The translations under genes were made by a program, and so were the position numbers. From positions 86,401 through 150,400 of the forward strand of contig NW_003314269.1 of the NCBI RefSeq assembly GCF_000143415.4: a stretch of DNA of 64,000 nt, in the 5' to 3' direction. Under the pieces are notes generated by a model that worked only from the letters and a program-made list of their open reading frames with translations, ran no database searches and was not told the DNA's origin. Of the stretch, positions 36,678 through 50,237 are shown one piece after another. The stretch comes from Selaginella moellendorffii (Eukaryota; Plantae; Lycopodiophyta). How positions within the stretch are numbered: the first letter of the stretch is position 1; each line of letters begins with the position of its first letter.

Positions 36678-37879
36678 TGTAAACTCTTGAATTTGGACTT
36701 CCTGGGAAGTCACCCAACCCAGTACTATTCAAACCCAAGGATGCTTAACTCCAAATATCCCAAGACTATTAACCAATTGGAAAAGGGGGTGCACTTTTAT
36801 TCATGGGCCCTTTCTTTCTATATTTGAACTCTATGGATCGTCTCTCGAATCATTCCTTTTGGTTGCTTACAATCAATGCACCACACTTCCCTGCAAGTTC
36901 ACTCTAAGCAACCAAAGGAAACGACTTGAAAGACGATTCATAGGGGTTCAAATATAGAGGGAAAGGGCCCATGAACAAGAGTGCACCCCCTTTTCCAATT
37001 CGTTAAGGGTCTTGGGATATTTTGGGGTTAAGTGTCTTTGGGTTTGAATAGTATTGGGCTGGGTGACCTCCCGGGAAGTCCAAATTCAAGGAGCTTACAT
37101 TTGGTATCGGAGCGGTCTCAGGTCCAACTCTGTTGATTGGCTAGGGGAATCACACCACATGTTGATTGACATCTGGCTGGTCCAGTTTGCTCCCGCTGGG
37201 CTCGACCCGAGGGGTAGGGTGTCAAGAGAGCGGGGCTCTCGGGAGAGCTGCGGCTCTCTCAGCTTTCGTTCACGAGGGCGTGAACTTGTAGGGAAGCGTG
37301 GTGGATTGTAAGCAACCAAAGGGAACAACTTAAAAAACGATCCATAGGGGTTCAAATATAGAGGGAAAGGTCCCATGAACAAGAGTGCACCCCCTTTTCC
37401 AATTGGTTAAGGGTCTTGGGATATTTTGGGGTTAAGCGTCCTTGGGTTTGAATAGTACTGGGCTGGGTGACCTCCCGGGAAGTCCAAATTCAAAGAGCTT
37501 ACATTCACGCCCTTGTGAACGAAAGCTGAGAGCCATAGCTCTCTCGAGAGCCTTGCTCCCTTGATACCCTACCCTTTGGGTCAAACCCAGCCGGAGTATA
37601 CTGGACCCTTACCAGATGTCAATCAACATGTCGTGTGATTCCTTTAGCTAACTAACAGAATTGGACTCGAAACCTCTCTGATACCAAATGTAAGCTCCTG
37701 AATTTGGATTTCTTTGGAGGTCACCCAACCCAGTATTATTCAAACTCAAGAACACTTAACCCGTATCTCAAGACCCTTAACCAATTGAAAAAGGGGGTGC
37801 ATTCTTATTCATGAGCCCTTTCCCTTTATATTTGAACCACATGGATCATCTTTTGAGTTGTTCCCTTTAGTTGTTTATA
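36678..37879 (-). mobile_element. Cassandra-like TRIM (outer element) with 5S-rRNA-like LTR domain
   Basis: LTRs 36678-36871 and 37689-37879, reverse PBS (ctctgatacca) at ~37676-37686, 5-bp TSD CTGTG (36673-36677, 37880-37884). Confidence 0.88.
36903..37503 (+). mobile_element. Cassandra-like TRIM (inner element, opposite orientation)
   Basis: 197-bp LTRs 36903-37099 and 37307-37503; PBS TGGTATCGGAGC 37102-37113; 5-bp TSD TTCAC (36898-36902, 37504-37508); LTR segment GTTAAGCGTCCTTGGG...TAGTACTGGGCTGGGTGACCTCCCGGGAAGTCC matches the 3' half of plant 5S rRNA (A-box, IE, C-box). Confidence 0.92.
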
Positions 37880-38449
37880 CTGTGGTGCTTCATGAGAAAT
37901 GGATGGCCATCATTTTAAATTTTGATGTGAGGGATAATTTTTTGAGCAAGGAATAGGTTGCCACTTTCTAGCTTGAAGCTATTTTAGTAGAGCAATTGTG
38001 CTGGGTTATGTGAGTAGAAGAGTTCAAGCAAATGGTATATAAATTTCCTAAAACAAATAAGGAGTGAACCTTAAACCAACCTCCTAACCCTTAAGGCAAT
38101 ACAGCCTTCATGAAGTATCCTCCATGCTTTGTGTCATTCTCCCCTCCCTCATGACCCAATCATAGATAGCAGCCTCAAAAAGCTAAGCAAGCCTTACATA
38201 AAAGGAGTCTAAGGCAATATGGCCATAAAGAAAAGATGTGCAAATGGCAACATTAACATCGTGACAAACAACCACAAAAGAAAGAAAGCAATATAGCTTT
38301 CTCACATGACAATATGCTCATGAAAACAAAAAAATGAGAATAGAACAATAACTCAAATCATATAGCAATACAGCTATAGATATTAATTCTCCCCTTCCTT
38401 AGGTATGTCATCCAAGTTATAACTAAAACTCAAAAACACAATTTCCCAT

Positions 38450-41400
38450 GTAACTTTGTCTATGGAATAACCATTCTATTAAATAAACAACTCCCTAGTT
38501 ATCTTCTTATATGTTTTCAACAATCCTTGAGCAAGAATATTGGCCAAACCAGCCTTCTTAGCATCAATATCTAGGAGTTGGATGATGGGTTGATCCATGA
38601 TATCACTAGAGTGCAAACACACTTTAAGCTTGCTCATATAGAATATTGAATGAATCTTCAAATTAACAAGTTTTGTAAATAAGTTCTCCCACATACTGTA
38701 AAATTGTCTAAGGCCCACAATACAACTTAGCACTATCACCTCCTTTTAGAAACCATTATGCATTCGATAGTTTAAGGAAAACTTTGTCACCGACTTTATA
38801 CTCTTGATGATAATGATGTTCATCAACCAATCTTTTGTCTTGATCTTGAGCTTGCTTCATGTTTAGCTTTGCCAACTCAAGCCTATCTTGCATATCCTCT
38901 AAGAAATCACAAGCATGAGGCATCCGAACCAAAGCCAAAATCAAAGCTCATATATGCAAGAGGATGTTTAACTTGAAGCAATATGGCCCCAATAGCAATG
39001 TCACTCATATATATCCCAACCATAAGAGGCTTAGCATTTGTTCACCTTTGCAAAACAATCCTTACACTAATGTCTAACCTTGTGGTAATGAAAACAATTG
39101 CCCTCCGCTTTGTCCTTCTCTCGCTAGTCTAAATGAAGGTTTTAAGCCTCATTATCATCTCCACTCTTCGAGCCAAGATATAGCAATGGTTGTTTCTTCC
39201 CTGAATATGAAATATTGGCTAGCTAGTCATAACATTGACTACCCTATAAACCATTATGTTGACCATAGTTGACTGAGTTGACTGATGGTTTTGGCAAAAA
39301 GATCTGAGCTTTAATGATAGCATTAGTCAACATTGCTAAACAATCCTTCTTGATCTTTTGCTACACATCCACTAAGCTTAATCCTTTGATGACACATTAC
39401 ACCTTTAGTAGCTCATTATAGGTGCTTATGAAAGATCACAGAACATGTGGGCATACACATCTAAAGACAAAGTTTCCTGCCTTCTCTAGTTGTTGATTCA
39501 CAAAATCAATCTCTTCAAACTTCTTGACAAATGAAGTGTGAAAAACCTTTGTCAAATCACTCTAAGAAGTCATCTTAAGATTAGCTTTTATGTAGTTCTT
39601 CCACTACAAAGAAGCATAGCCTGTAAACTTCATCACAAAAAAATCAATCTTCATATTATTTTTACAAGAGTTGTGAGACCAACAACTTTCTTACAATTCC
39701 AACCTAGCTATCATAAACATCTAGTGATGATTTCCATTCCACAATACCATAATCTTTGGCATGGTTGATGTACCAATGGTAATCACAGTCATGAATTGAT
39801 TCAACCTTTAAGGGTCCATGTGAAGCAGGAAATCTTTAATGAGATTGATGGAATTTTAACCTCCTTAATATCGCTCTTAACCTAAAAAATTTGGTGTCGT
39901 TGCCATATAATGACATCATCAAGAGATTCTTCCACCTCATCATAGCTATATCATTTAATGCCATACTTCTCATTAGGATCTATATCAATGTGTGCCACCA
40001 GAAAATCCAAGTCAATTAAAAATTCTAGAATCTTGATCATCAAACTTGGAATTGATATGAACTACAAACATATTCACTACTTCAATACTAATGAAACAAA
40101 CAAGGAGCAAACCCTAGGCCAAACTCCCAACCCTTAAGGTGTTATTGTAGCGCACCTTATTTAGGGGTAGGAATATACCTTGCTCAAGGGTATATTATAC
40201 TTTTAAGTAACCATTAATCAATGGAAATCGAACCTGTGCCATTTTCTCTTATACCAACTGTAGTGCACCTTATCTCTCTCCCCTTAAGCCAACTGGAAAA
40301 AGGGGCAATTGCTTGATGAGAGAGCCCTTAGTGGCTATTTTATCCCCATTTATCCCCCAAGGTTCCAAGGATCCACGATGACAGTATATTCAAATATCAT
40401 CCCATGATCACATGCGCTACAATTATGGCCTTAAATCCCACAAGCCATGGAGTATTCTCCCTTGGAAAATGGACAACTATATCCTACTGGGATGAGATTT
40501 CTCTAAGACTGCAAGAGTGTCTTATTAGTGGAACAATCCTCTTCATTTATGGATTCTTTATCCATATGATAGTGAAATGGTACAAATCAGCATGGAAGAA
40601 AGTGACAAGCCAAGTGAGCAAGTTTTTATCATGGTGTTGGGATTAAGAGCTGAAAATCAAGCTATGCAAATGCTAGTGGCATTCTTGACAATGGACAGTT
40701 CTGAAGCATAGGAACCAAAGTGAATGCATATTTGGAGAATGCAAGACTTACAACGATGATAAATCTAGGAGCACTTGGCAAATTTTTTACAAAGAATGGA
40801 GTAACTTGAGCAAGCTTGACAATTATGCCACTATCTAAGCATTATATAGCCATGTGTGCTGATGGTGGAACTTTTCCAGTGCTCAGGTTTACAATTGACA
40901 TGGGTATTAGTGAAGGAAATTTTTATGAATTGTCATTTTTTGTGATCGAAGGGATCACAAGCAACATACCTGTGACCTTGGGAGCAGCTTGGATTTTTCA
41001 TATGCAAGCTAACCATGACTATGCAATTGATAGATTGGTGGTTGAGGATGATTATGACTTCATTCAGAAGATTATCTTGGATGAGAATTAAGAGCTTGAC
41101 TTTGAGTTTTCTTATATCCTAAAGGTTGAGAAGGCTTCCAAGTTAATTCTAAAAGATCATCCAAATTAATTTTTCAACCTACCCTAAGGTTCAAAGTGGA
41201 GTGGTGATGCAATGGAGCTTTTTGAGGTATCTTGGGGATGGTTGTTTAGGGAGACTAAATCTTTGTCTTTTAATACTAAATTATAACATTGGTATAAAAG
41301 AAGTTTGTTGTGATGGCCGACCAAAATCCTATTGTCAATGGTGGTGTCGATAGGTTTGAATTATTCATGATGTTGTTCATGAGCTGCAATCCCTTAATCA

Positions 41401-41850
41401 AAATTAGAAGAGATGTAAAATGAGATGTATGGCATGATGGCTACCATGTATGGTCATGTTAAAAACACTACAAGGTTAATTATCCACAATTGAAGAATAA
41501 GTAGTAGAGCAAAAAGAATGGTCAATCTTTTAATGATTGTATATTGGATACTAAGAAGCTACAAAATTTGCAATGTGAGAATAATGAGGAAAACTATTTT
41601 GGTCAAAGGAAAAGGCTTTTGATTGTTACTTGTCAACTCAACTATGTGTGGAATAAGACAAAGCTTGAGGACACTTATATATTAGCTTTAATGCTGGAAG
41701 GCATGTTTCATTGAGGTCTAATGTGGATTTTATTGGATAGTAAAAGTATTAATAACTTTGTTTTGGCAAAATTTGTTAAGAAGCATGGCTTAGTGACACA
41801 AGGAGTTTATTCATATATAATGGTGTAAGCAACAAAAATAAAAAACTTGA
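38450..41850. mobile_element. Mixed decayed copia and gypsy fragments
   Basis: Copia RNase H-like end (LANILAQGL, 38479-38739 -), gypsy integrase tail (KQAQDQDKRLVDEH...YKVGDKVFL, 38756-38944 -), plus-strand gag/protease-like relics 40400-41850. Confidence 0.5.
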
Positions 41851-41864
41851 GAAAAAGTTTTTTG

Positions 41865-42073
41865 GTTCAAATATAAAAGGAAAGGGTTTATGAATAAGAG
41901 TGCATCCTTTTTCTCCAATTGGTTAAAAGTCTTGGGATATTTGGGGTTAAATGTTTTTAAGTTTGAGTAGTACCTTCCTTCCTAATCGATTAAGGGTCTT
42001 AAGACACTTAGGGTTAACTGTCCTTGGGTTTGAGTAATATTAGGTTTAAGAAATCCAAATTCAATAACTTACA
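41865..42073 (+). mobile_element. Degenerate Cassandra-like LTR fragments
   Basis: ggttcaaatata...gagtgcatccttt...ccaattggttaa...gtcttgggatat...aaatccaaattcaataacttaca matches the TRIM LTR. Confidence 0.65.
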
Positions 42074-42829
42074 GGTGGAAAGTGCAACTACCCCTCAGCA
42101 TTTCAATGTTTATGGGGGAATAAGGCACGTATGAGGGAGAGGCTGCAATATGGGATGTGTGAGACAAAAATCCCTAAGTCCCCAAATGGAGCCTAAAAGT
42201 GTGTCACATGGTAGTGGTTAAAGCAAAAGTTTAAGAAGCGTAACACATTTGGACTAAAAATTCCAACTTGGAAAGTCAAAAGTGAGAGTGGAACTCCAAA
42301 CAAAGTGCTCGAGGAATGAATACAAAGCGATCAATGAATGAGTCTCTAAAAAGGGACACAAGAGAACTAATATATGATATGTGAAAGTGTCGAAACTGAG
42401 TCCAAGATAGAGTTCGAGAAGGAGTCTGAGATGGAGTCCAAAAAGAAGTCTGAGAAAGAGTTTGAGAAGGAGTCCAAGATGGAGACTAAGACCAGAGTTT
42501 GAGACCAAGACTGAGACTAAGACCAAGTTCATGTCCTAATCCGAATTTGAGTCTGAATACTAATACAAATTGTGGGGTAAAAGCCCAAAGCGGTTATCCC
42601 CCCCCTTTAAGATCCCCCTCCTCTCAAGGGGGAGAAGAATTATTAAGCTTAATTTTGACCATATGGCCAACATGGGAAGCTCAAGGGTATATTAACCTTA
42701 GAGTTCACACTGGAGTAACAACATAATGGAGCTTTTGAGGTAGCTTTGGGGTGGTTAAATGGTGAGGAACCTTAAGAGGAGGTGTAATATAGTTTAGGGA
42801 AACTAAATCTTTGTCTTTTAGTGCTAGAT

Positions 42830-45800
42830 TATAAATGGGATCATCCTATGTTTTATGCAAGCAAATAGTTATCTTCAACTGAAAAGAATTATACAATGAT
42901 AGAGTGTGATAGGGAATGGTGTTCACTTTTATGAAGTTCTAATACTACCTTCTAGGAAAACCTTTTATCTTTTATCTGGACCATCAAGCCCTTAAATACC
43001 TAATGAATAAGCCTTACCATCACAACTATATTACTCACTAGCTTTTGCTCCTTCAGGAATTCAAGTTTAAAAGTGTTTTGAGATTTTCTAGATATTGTGC
43101 TTTTTATGGTGGAGGATGGAGACCCAAATTCTTTGGATTTATATAAGGTTGAGCCTATCCCTACATGGTATCACACTATTGCAAAGTTTCTAGCTACGGG
43201 AACATTTCTAAAGGGCAAGGAAATGGCTTTTCTACTAATCTTGAGCTTATACTCTAATTGCAGGAAGACTATATAAAGAAGGCCATGTGTAACCCCTTCC
43301 CAGGAGGTCACCCAACCCAGTACTATTCAAACCTAAGAACATTTAACCCCAAATATCCCAAGACCCTTAACTGATTGAAAAAGGGGGTGCACTCTTGTTC
43401 ATATTCCTTTATATTTGAACCTTTATAGATCGTCTCTCGAGTCATTCCCTTTGGTTGCTTAGAATCTACTACACCTCCCTATAAGTTCACACTCTCGTGA
43501 ATGGAAGCTGAGAGCCACAGTTTTCTTGAGAGCCCCACTCTCTTGATACCCTACCCCTCGGGTCGAGCCCAGTGAGAGCAAACAAGACCTGCCAAATGTC
43601 AAATCAACATGTGGTGTGATTCCCCTAACCAATCAACAAAGTTAGTCTCGAAACCTCTCTGATACCAAATGTAAGTTCCTGAGTTTGGACTTCGCAGGAG
43701 GTCATTCAACCCAATATTATTCAAACCCAAGGACACTTAACCCCAAATATCCCAAGACCCTTAACTAACCCTTATGGATTGTCTCTCGAGTTGTTCCCTT
43801 TGGTTGTTTACACCGTGATAGATGTTATAACATTGTATCTTGTTGCCATAAGTTTAATAAGTTGTTGCCTCATGCCATGATTTGCTATATGGAACACAGT
43901 TATGACTATTTGATTGATTATCAAGCAAGATAGTAGTGGACTCTTCAATAGGATGTAGTGTGTAGCTGTGATCCATGCCAACAAAGTTTATGTGGAGCTA
44001 TGATCCTTATTAGCATATTGGACATCCTACTTGGCGAGATGCAATGCCCTTTATATAACTCTAACTCTACCTTTTAAGAAGTGGGGAATTGACTTTATGG
44101 GACCATTTTGACATAAGATGAATTACTATATCATGGTATGCACAGATTATATGGCCAAATGGGTGGAAGCAAAGGCATTCCAAGTAGATACCACAGAGAA
44201 AGTGGCTGAGTTCTTGTATAAGAACATCATTATTAGTTTTGGCTGCCTATTGAAGTTAGCTCACATTTTTTAAATATGACTATTGCTGCTCTCACTACTA
44301 AAAATAGAATTTCTTATTGCAGTTTGACATCTTATCATCCTCGAAAAAATGGCTAAGTTAAGAGGACTAATGAGACGCTATACAACACCATGACCAAACT
44401 TTGCAATGCTAGTATTAGTGACTGGGATTACAAGCTTTTCAATATACAATGGGTTTACAAAGTTGCCTCTAAGATATATCAAGGGGCTAGAGTGTGCCTA
44501 CTACCAAAAAGACCATGGGTTTCCCTTTATTTTAGATTGAATATGATTAATTAATGGGGGTTAGCAATAATACACTTGAGGTATCGACTATGAGAGAAAA
44601 AATACAAAAATGTAGTGCATATGGTTTTCCTTTTCCCTTTATCTTATAGTGATTTACCATAGGATAACCATGAAGTGGAACTTAAACCCTTCATTTGCCA
44701 TGTGTCATATGCCACATATCCAAGGATAGTGGAGTGGAACACAAGTTTTAGGGGCCTTGAGCCACTAAATGAAGGTATGAAGCCAAACTCCTAAGTTTGC
44801 AGCTAAGGAGCGAAGGAACTAGAGCACGAAGTGACTCTTAAGTGTTCAACCCAAGGAGAGAGAGGACATGAACATAGAGCAATATTGGAATAGTCCTAAA
44901 GCATCTACCATCCCAATGCTAAGACTAGCATGCAAAATAAAGTCAAATGGAGTCTGACACAACTTCAACATACTGATAGCCTAATACAAGGATATAGGTA
45001 CTCCACCATTGGTTTAGTTAGCCATGCCTGACTTACCCACTATCCCTTATACATTTGGAACCCCATAGTTCCCCCCTCCCCTCCCTCTTGAGGAACACAT
45101 GCTTTAGGGTTTCACCATTAATCACCCAGGAGTTAGTCATTAGGACAAGTGTGAAATTTACTAAATATAGAATGGCACTAGATTGCAAATTTAGACACGG
45201 GACCAACACCATTGTGTTCAAGACAATCTCTACATTTTGTAGATATGCTAAATTAGCAAATCTAAATAGTTTCCATAAATATTCATGGAACCAAACAGAA
45301 CCAATATGTAGGGCATGATAATGAGGGTGTTTGATAAACATGGTAAATTATCATCTGGCGATATTGAGGGATTAATCTCAATACACGAGGGTTTTTGTCA
45401 AGTTAGTGCAAAACAAAGCAAAAGAGAACTAAAAGCTAGGCAGAATATGCTCAATAAGAAACACATAGGAGTTCTTACCTTATATTTATTTTGGCTAAGT
45501 ACAAATGCTAAGCTCAATTTACTCACACTTGAACAAGAGGGATTGATAAATACCAAGCTCCTACCGTCATGGCAATAAAGAAAAAATATCCAAAAAAACT
45601 AATTGACAAGTAACTTTTGATACTTACAATCACATTTGTGACAAAAAGAGCATTTTGGTGGAAAGCAAAGAGTAAGTGGGTGATGTGGTGGAAAGCAACA
45701 CTAACACTGTTAATAAAGTTGATGTTGAGGAGAACAAACCCCTAGACTATTGTGGTGATAATTAGCATTGGAGGGTGAGGAGGCTTAAATCCCTAGGCAA

Positions 45801-47350
45801 TAGTGCTCTATGCTCACTTATTTTGGTGTTTGTGAAATTTCCCTCCATATTTTTTGGTGCACTACATGGGAACAAAGAATGAGCATAGAGAGTGGGAGAA
45901 GAGTGAGTGCTGAATATGTCAAGTTACCTTCCCCAAGTTGATAACCATCTTATTTTAGTTTGGAAGATGTGGAGAGAAAGGAATTGCTAAAGAAAAAATT
46001 AACCTACTCTTACCATGAAACTAACAAGAAGAAAAAGGAGATATCAAGTAGAGTAGTTTATTTAAGAGGTTTTAAAGTAAAAAGTGCTCTGAGATGCAGC
46101 ACAATCATTGGCGGGGTGATGTCAAGGTACTAGAGTATGCCTATGACTGAGACAAAGTCATTTCCTTTGCTAATATGCTAATAGGCTAAATATGATTAAT
46201 TAGTGGAGATTAACAATAATCTTAGGGTTGTGAAAATACAAAATAAAAAAGGTTTGAAAAAGCAAATGGGTGGTATGATGGAAAAAGCAAGTGTTGAGAA
46301 GGATGAACCTCAATTAACACTGGAGTGTGAGAAGGTTCAAGTCCCTAGGTAGTAGTGGTTTCTCCATACATTTCCCTCCATAGATAATTACATAGTTCTC
46401 ACCATTTTAATTAGTTTATGGCTAATAGGTGATCCTTCCTCTCAAGCTGGAAGTTCCTTCCTTTTGGACACCAGCAGCTCAAATTATGATTGGGATGGAG
46501 CTATTTAGTAGTGGCTAGAGCAGTTGGAGAAGCTGGATGAGACTCACCTCCTTCCTTTTCAAGCTTGTGAAGCTCTTCAATGTCAATGCAGGAAAGTGGT
46601 ATGATTGTTATATACGGGCTAAGAGATTTCAGGCAAAAGATCTTGTGCTGCTATACGAGAGTAAAATATTGGAAGTGGGCCAGCAAGCTCAAGATTCATT
46701 GGATTAGCCTATACTGTGTGAAGACCGTGAACACCAATGGTTCAGTGGAGATTGAGGATTTCAGTGGTAATCCTCTTCCAACATTGGTGAATGGAGCACA
46801 ACTTCATACATTCAATTTGGAGAGGAGTGCTTTGAGGATGTTGTACATTTGCCACTGGGATGATGTTGAGGGCCAGAGCCATCTCAAGACTTAGTCCAAG
46901 TTGGGGGCTTTTCTCCTTTTTTTTTCTTAGTTATAGTGAGGGGAATATTTGGTTTGGAAGGGATGCATCCCTTAGAGGTTGACAAGAGGGAGGATGGCTG
47001 TTTTCTAAGCATAGCATGTGTGGGAGTGAAGGGAGTGGAATAAAGAATGTGTTCGTGGGAAGATGCCTTGATCAACAGCCTTGGAGTGCATGGAGTGGAG
47101 GTTGACAATGCAGCAGCATCTATGAGCATTCAAAGAGCACATCATGATCAGGATCTCTTCAGACCAGCAGATTTGTGTTCATTGTCCTACTTGTGAACAG
47201 CCCTAGGTGAGGTTCCTGGTAGAGGTTCTCATGGAGATTGCCAATGAGGCTAGGGATAATAGTGATTTCTCCACTCTTGCTGGTGTTTTGTCACAAGGAG
47301 TGACACTCTTTTGACTCTAGAAAGACTCATTTAAAGCAGTTACTATCCAG
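42830..47350 (+). mobile_element. Decayed Ty3/gypsy pol (RNase H, integrase) and associated non-coding remnants
   Basis: DHQALKYL (~42980), FKKWGIDFMGPF (~44075), KWVEAKAF (~44160), VNTNGSVEIEDFSGNPLPTLVNGAQL (46730-46805); 44690-44980 is an inverted homologue of ~980-1260. Confidence 0.7.
43288..43812 (-). mobile_element. Cassandra-like TRIM inserted into the gypsy pol remnant
   Basis: Two partly deleted 5S-like LTRs, reverse PBS ctctgatacca (~43657-43667), flanks CCATG / CCGTG (TSD with one mismatch). Confidence 0.82.
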
Positions 47351-47536
47351 CTTTCCCTAGAAGGTTCGTTTTTAAGTGTGACGCACAAATTGAGATTACA
47401 TGAGATAAAATGAAATATTCAAGATATACTTGTCATATTCAAGTCCTGATTTCCTGTGATTCATTGAGTATTTAAAGGCATGGATGCCCCTCAGCTTACA
47501 CTATCCAAGCAACATTAGAAAATTAAATCGAAGAAA

Positions 47537-48158
47537 ATGGCAAAATCAAGCATAGCATTCATTCTCCCACTTGGTTGCCTCCTCCTTGTGAGTGTTGTTC
47601 ATGTTTCAGCGTTAGACAGTGATGTTAGTGGAGACCTCTCTGGTATAGTATATATAACTTGGTCTAAAGTTTCGTTTGACTCTTTGTCCATGTAAATTTG
47701 TTTGCAAGGCACTATGAGGTCTCTAAAGGAGGTACTTCCCACAAATGGGACTTCATCAGCATCAGACATTAGTGTCCCACTGGATGTGGTTGACAAAGTA
47801 CTTGCAATAGTCACTCAAGTTATAGCCAGTCTAAAGGACCTCGTCCTCAAAGTTCCTTTTGCTATGTGTCATCCTTTATCCAGTGATTATCATCCTTGAG
47901 ATCATTGTCATCTACATCCCTGGTGGCTTCCCTTGCCCACTTATCATTGGCGTCATCTGCAAGTATCTGCGCAATGCCATTCCTGTGTGGACTCCAATCA
48001 AGTTCATCAAAGTTGATCTAACTGTTATCTTGAGCCTCACCACAACTATCAAGCTTCTGCAGAGTGTGATTATCCTTGTTACTCCAAACAGTTGCATTTT
48101 CCTTGTGCTGAGTGCACTGGTCAATATCCTTAAGTCCGTTCTTGCATTACTCTATTAA
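47537..48158 (+). pseudogene. Hydrophobic secreted protein copy C, full length with 1-bp frameshift
   Basis: Exon 1 47537-47642, intron to 47708, exon 2 to TAA at 48158; extra T in GTTCCTTTTGC (~47857) versus GTTCCTTTGC in the intact copies (could be a sequencing error). Confidence 0.8.
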
Positions 48159-49299
48159 CCTGTCCGATAAAGTTTAAAATAAACAACGAAATAAAACTCT
48201 ACTAATCTTAAACATGATGTCAGATTGCCCACCATCCCCCGCAGTCTCAATGCTCGAGATTCGTCCTTGGGCAGAAACCCTTCGCAGATTTTGGAGTTTG
48301 GAGGACAGAATCTAGATTGCGCTTGATCATTTCTCTAATTAAAAAGGCTATGAAAATCTTGTTGTATCCAAATCAGCTGGACATGCATTGCAACAAAGTC
48401 GTCGTCCAGATCGAGCTCGTCAGATTTCACACTAAAGCTAAGATTCCCCTCGTGGTCATGGACTCGGTTCTGCCGCCATGTGCCTTTGACTTGGTGGCAA
48501 CGTCACCAAGAAGGCCAGCACACTCTCACTTGAATCAATTCGCTCACCAGGGCAGCCATTCAGAACTCAAGGTGAAAGACACAGAGCTGCAACCAAGTAG
48601 TATTTATGGGACAGACTAATATACTACTAGGCATGGTCACGTGACGCAAGCGGCACAATGCCGCTACCCAAAATAGTGGCCGTAGCGGAAAGCCATGCAG
48701 CGCTCGGAGAGACTGAAGAATGGCACAAGCACTTCCAGCACAAACAACACCACCATAAAGACTCATCAGTCTCGCCGCTGCTGACCCGGTACTGATCCCC
48801 ACCACCCCGAAACCCACAGCTCGATGCCCGCAGAATCTATGACCGGCCCTCCAGCCGAAACAGCAGCAATCACCAACAGCATCTTGTTGAACGAAAGAAA
48901 ACACCTCGTGCTGATGGTGAACAGCGCTTTCAGGTCGTCTCCTTGAAACCCGAGTGTGTAAAGATTCAGTCTCAGAGATTTTTCAGACCACTCTGCCGAT
49001 GTGGATTGAAGACTCTCTTGTTGGACTGCTGGCTTCTGGCTTTAAAGATTGTATAAATTTAATTAGATAAAAGAAACGTAAGATTTCCCCTAACATTTAG
49101 TCAGAAACGTCATAGCTTCAACATAACCCTATATAAAAAAAGTTTGGTAAAATTTGTAGAGTATAACATGTTTGCTGGGGCACATAAGGGGTGATGCTAT
49201 CTACCTACTCTTCCTTTACTCACTCTCAAGCTTGAGCAGCCCTTTGCTCCTTCGTTCATATGTTGTGCCTCAGATTGATAACTAAGCAACATTAGGTGA

Positions 49300-50237
49300 T
49301 TAAATCGAGCATGATGTTCATGCATGCCTCCTCCTTGTGAGTTTTTTTTTCATGTTTCAGCCATAGTGGAGACATCTTTGGTATGGCAAACTTGCTTTCT
49401 AAAGCTTGGGTCGTATCCAGTGGGGCAAAGAGTTTCCACAAGGGTTATGAACATCTGAATCAGAACAACTATGTAGGTTTAAGAGTGTGATCCAAACCTT
49501 GAACAGAGTCATTTTTGAAAACATCTGAAAGTATATTTTCCCATTGGAGAAAGTGACGACATCACTTCCCGCAGCATCACGACGTCACTAATCTCATTTG
49601 GTTTCCTAGGATCAGATTTATGCTCAAATTTAGGATAAAAGATGACACTTAGCAGAAGACAAGGTCCTTTGGCTTGGCTTGTGGCTTCACCGGTTTAGGG
49701 TGAAGCCACAACCACAACATCACATTCTCTACTCGCCACCACAGCGCGCATTGGGACGGGTCCTAGTGAAAGCCAAGAGACTCAGACCTTGTCCTCAAAG
49801 TTCCTTTGCTAAGTGTCAATCCTTTATCTGATGATTATCATCCTTGAGATCATTGTGATACACATCCCTGGTGGCTTCCCTTGCCTGATTATCATTGGGT
49901 GTCTGCGCAATGCCATTACAGTGTAGACTCCAATCAAGTTCATCAAAATTGATCTAACTGTTATCGTGAGCATCTCAAAGTTCCTTTGCTTGGTGTCATC
50001 CTTTATCCAGTGATTATCATCCTTGAGATCATTGGGGGATCATTGTGATGTTGGTGGCCGATTATCATTGGCATCATCTGCAAGTATCTGTATGTAGACA
50101 CCAATCAAGTTCATTAAAGTTGATCTCGTGAGCCTCAGGAATTATCAATCTCTCGTGATTATCTTTGGCAGTTGCATTTTCCTAGTGCTGGGTGCACTGG
50201 TTAATATCCTTAAGTCGGTGTTGAGATTACTCTATTA
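49300..50237 (+). pseudogene. Degenerate, interrupted and internally duplicated copy of the secreted-protein gene
   Basis: Signal-peptide exon relic at ~49300-49400, unrelated insert, then two tandem partial exon-2 copies (49785-49970, 49975-50237) with small deletions. Confidence 0.75.

Noticed and set aside
37431-37485. 5S rRNA gene
   Set aside because: Only the 3' half resembles 5S, it sits inside TRIM LTRs and lacks the 5S 5' portion; annotated as Cassandra-like instead.
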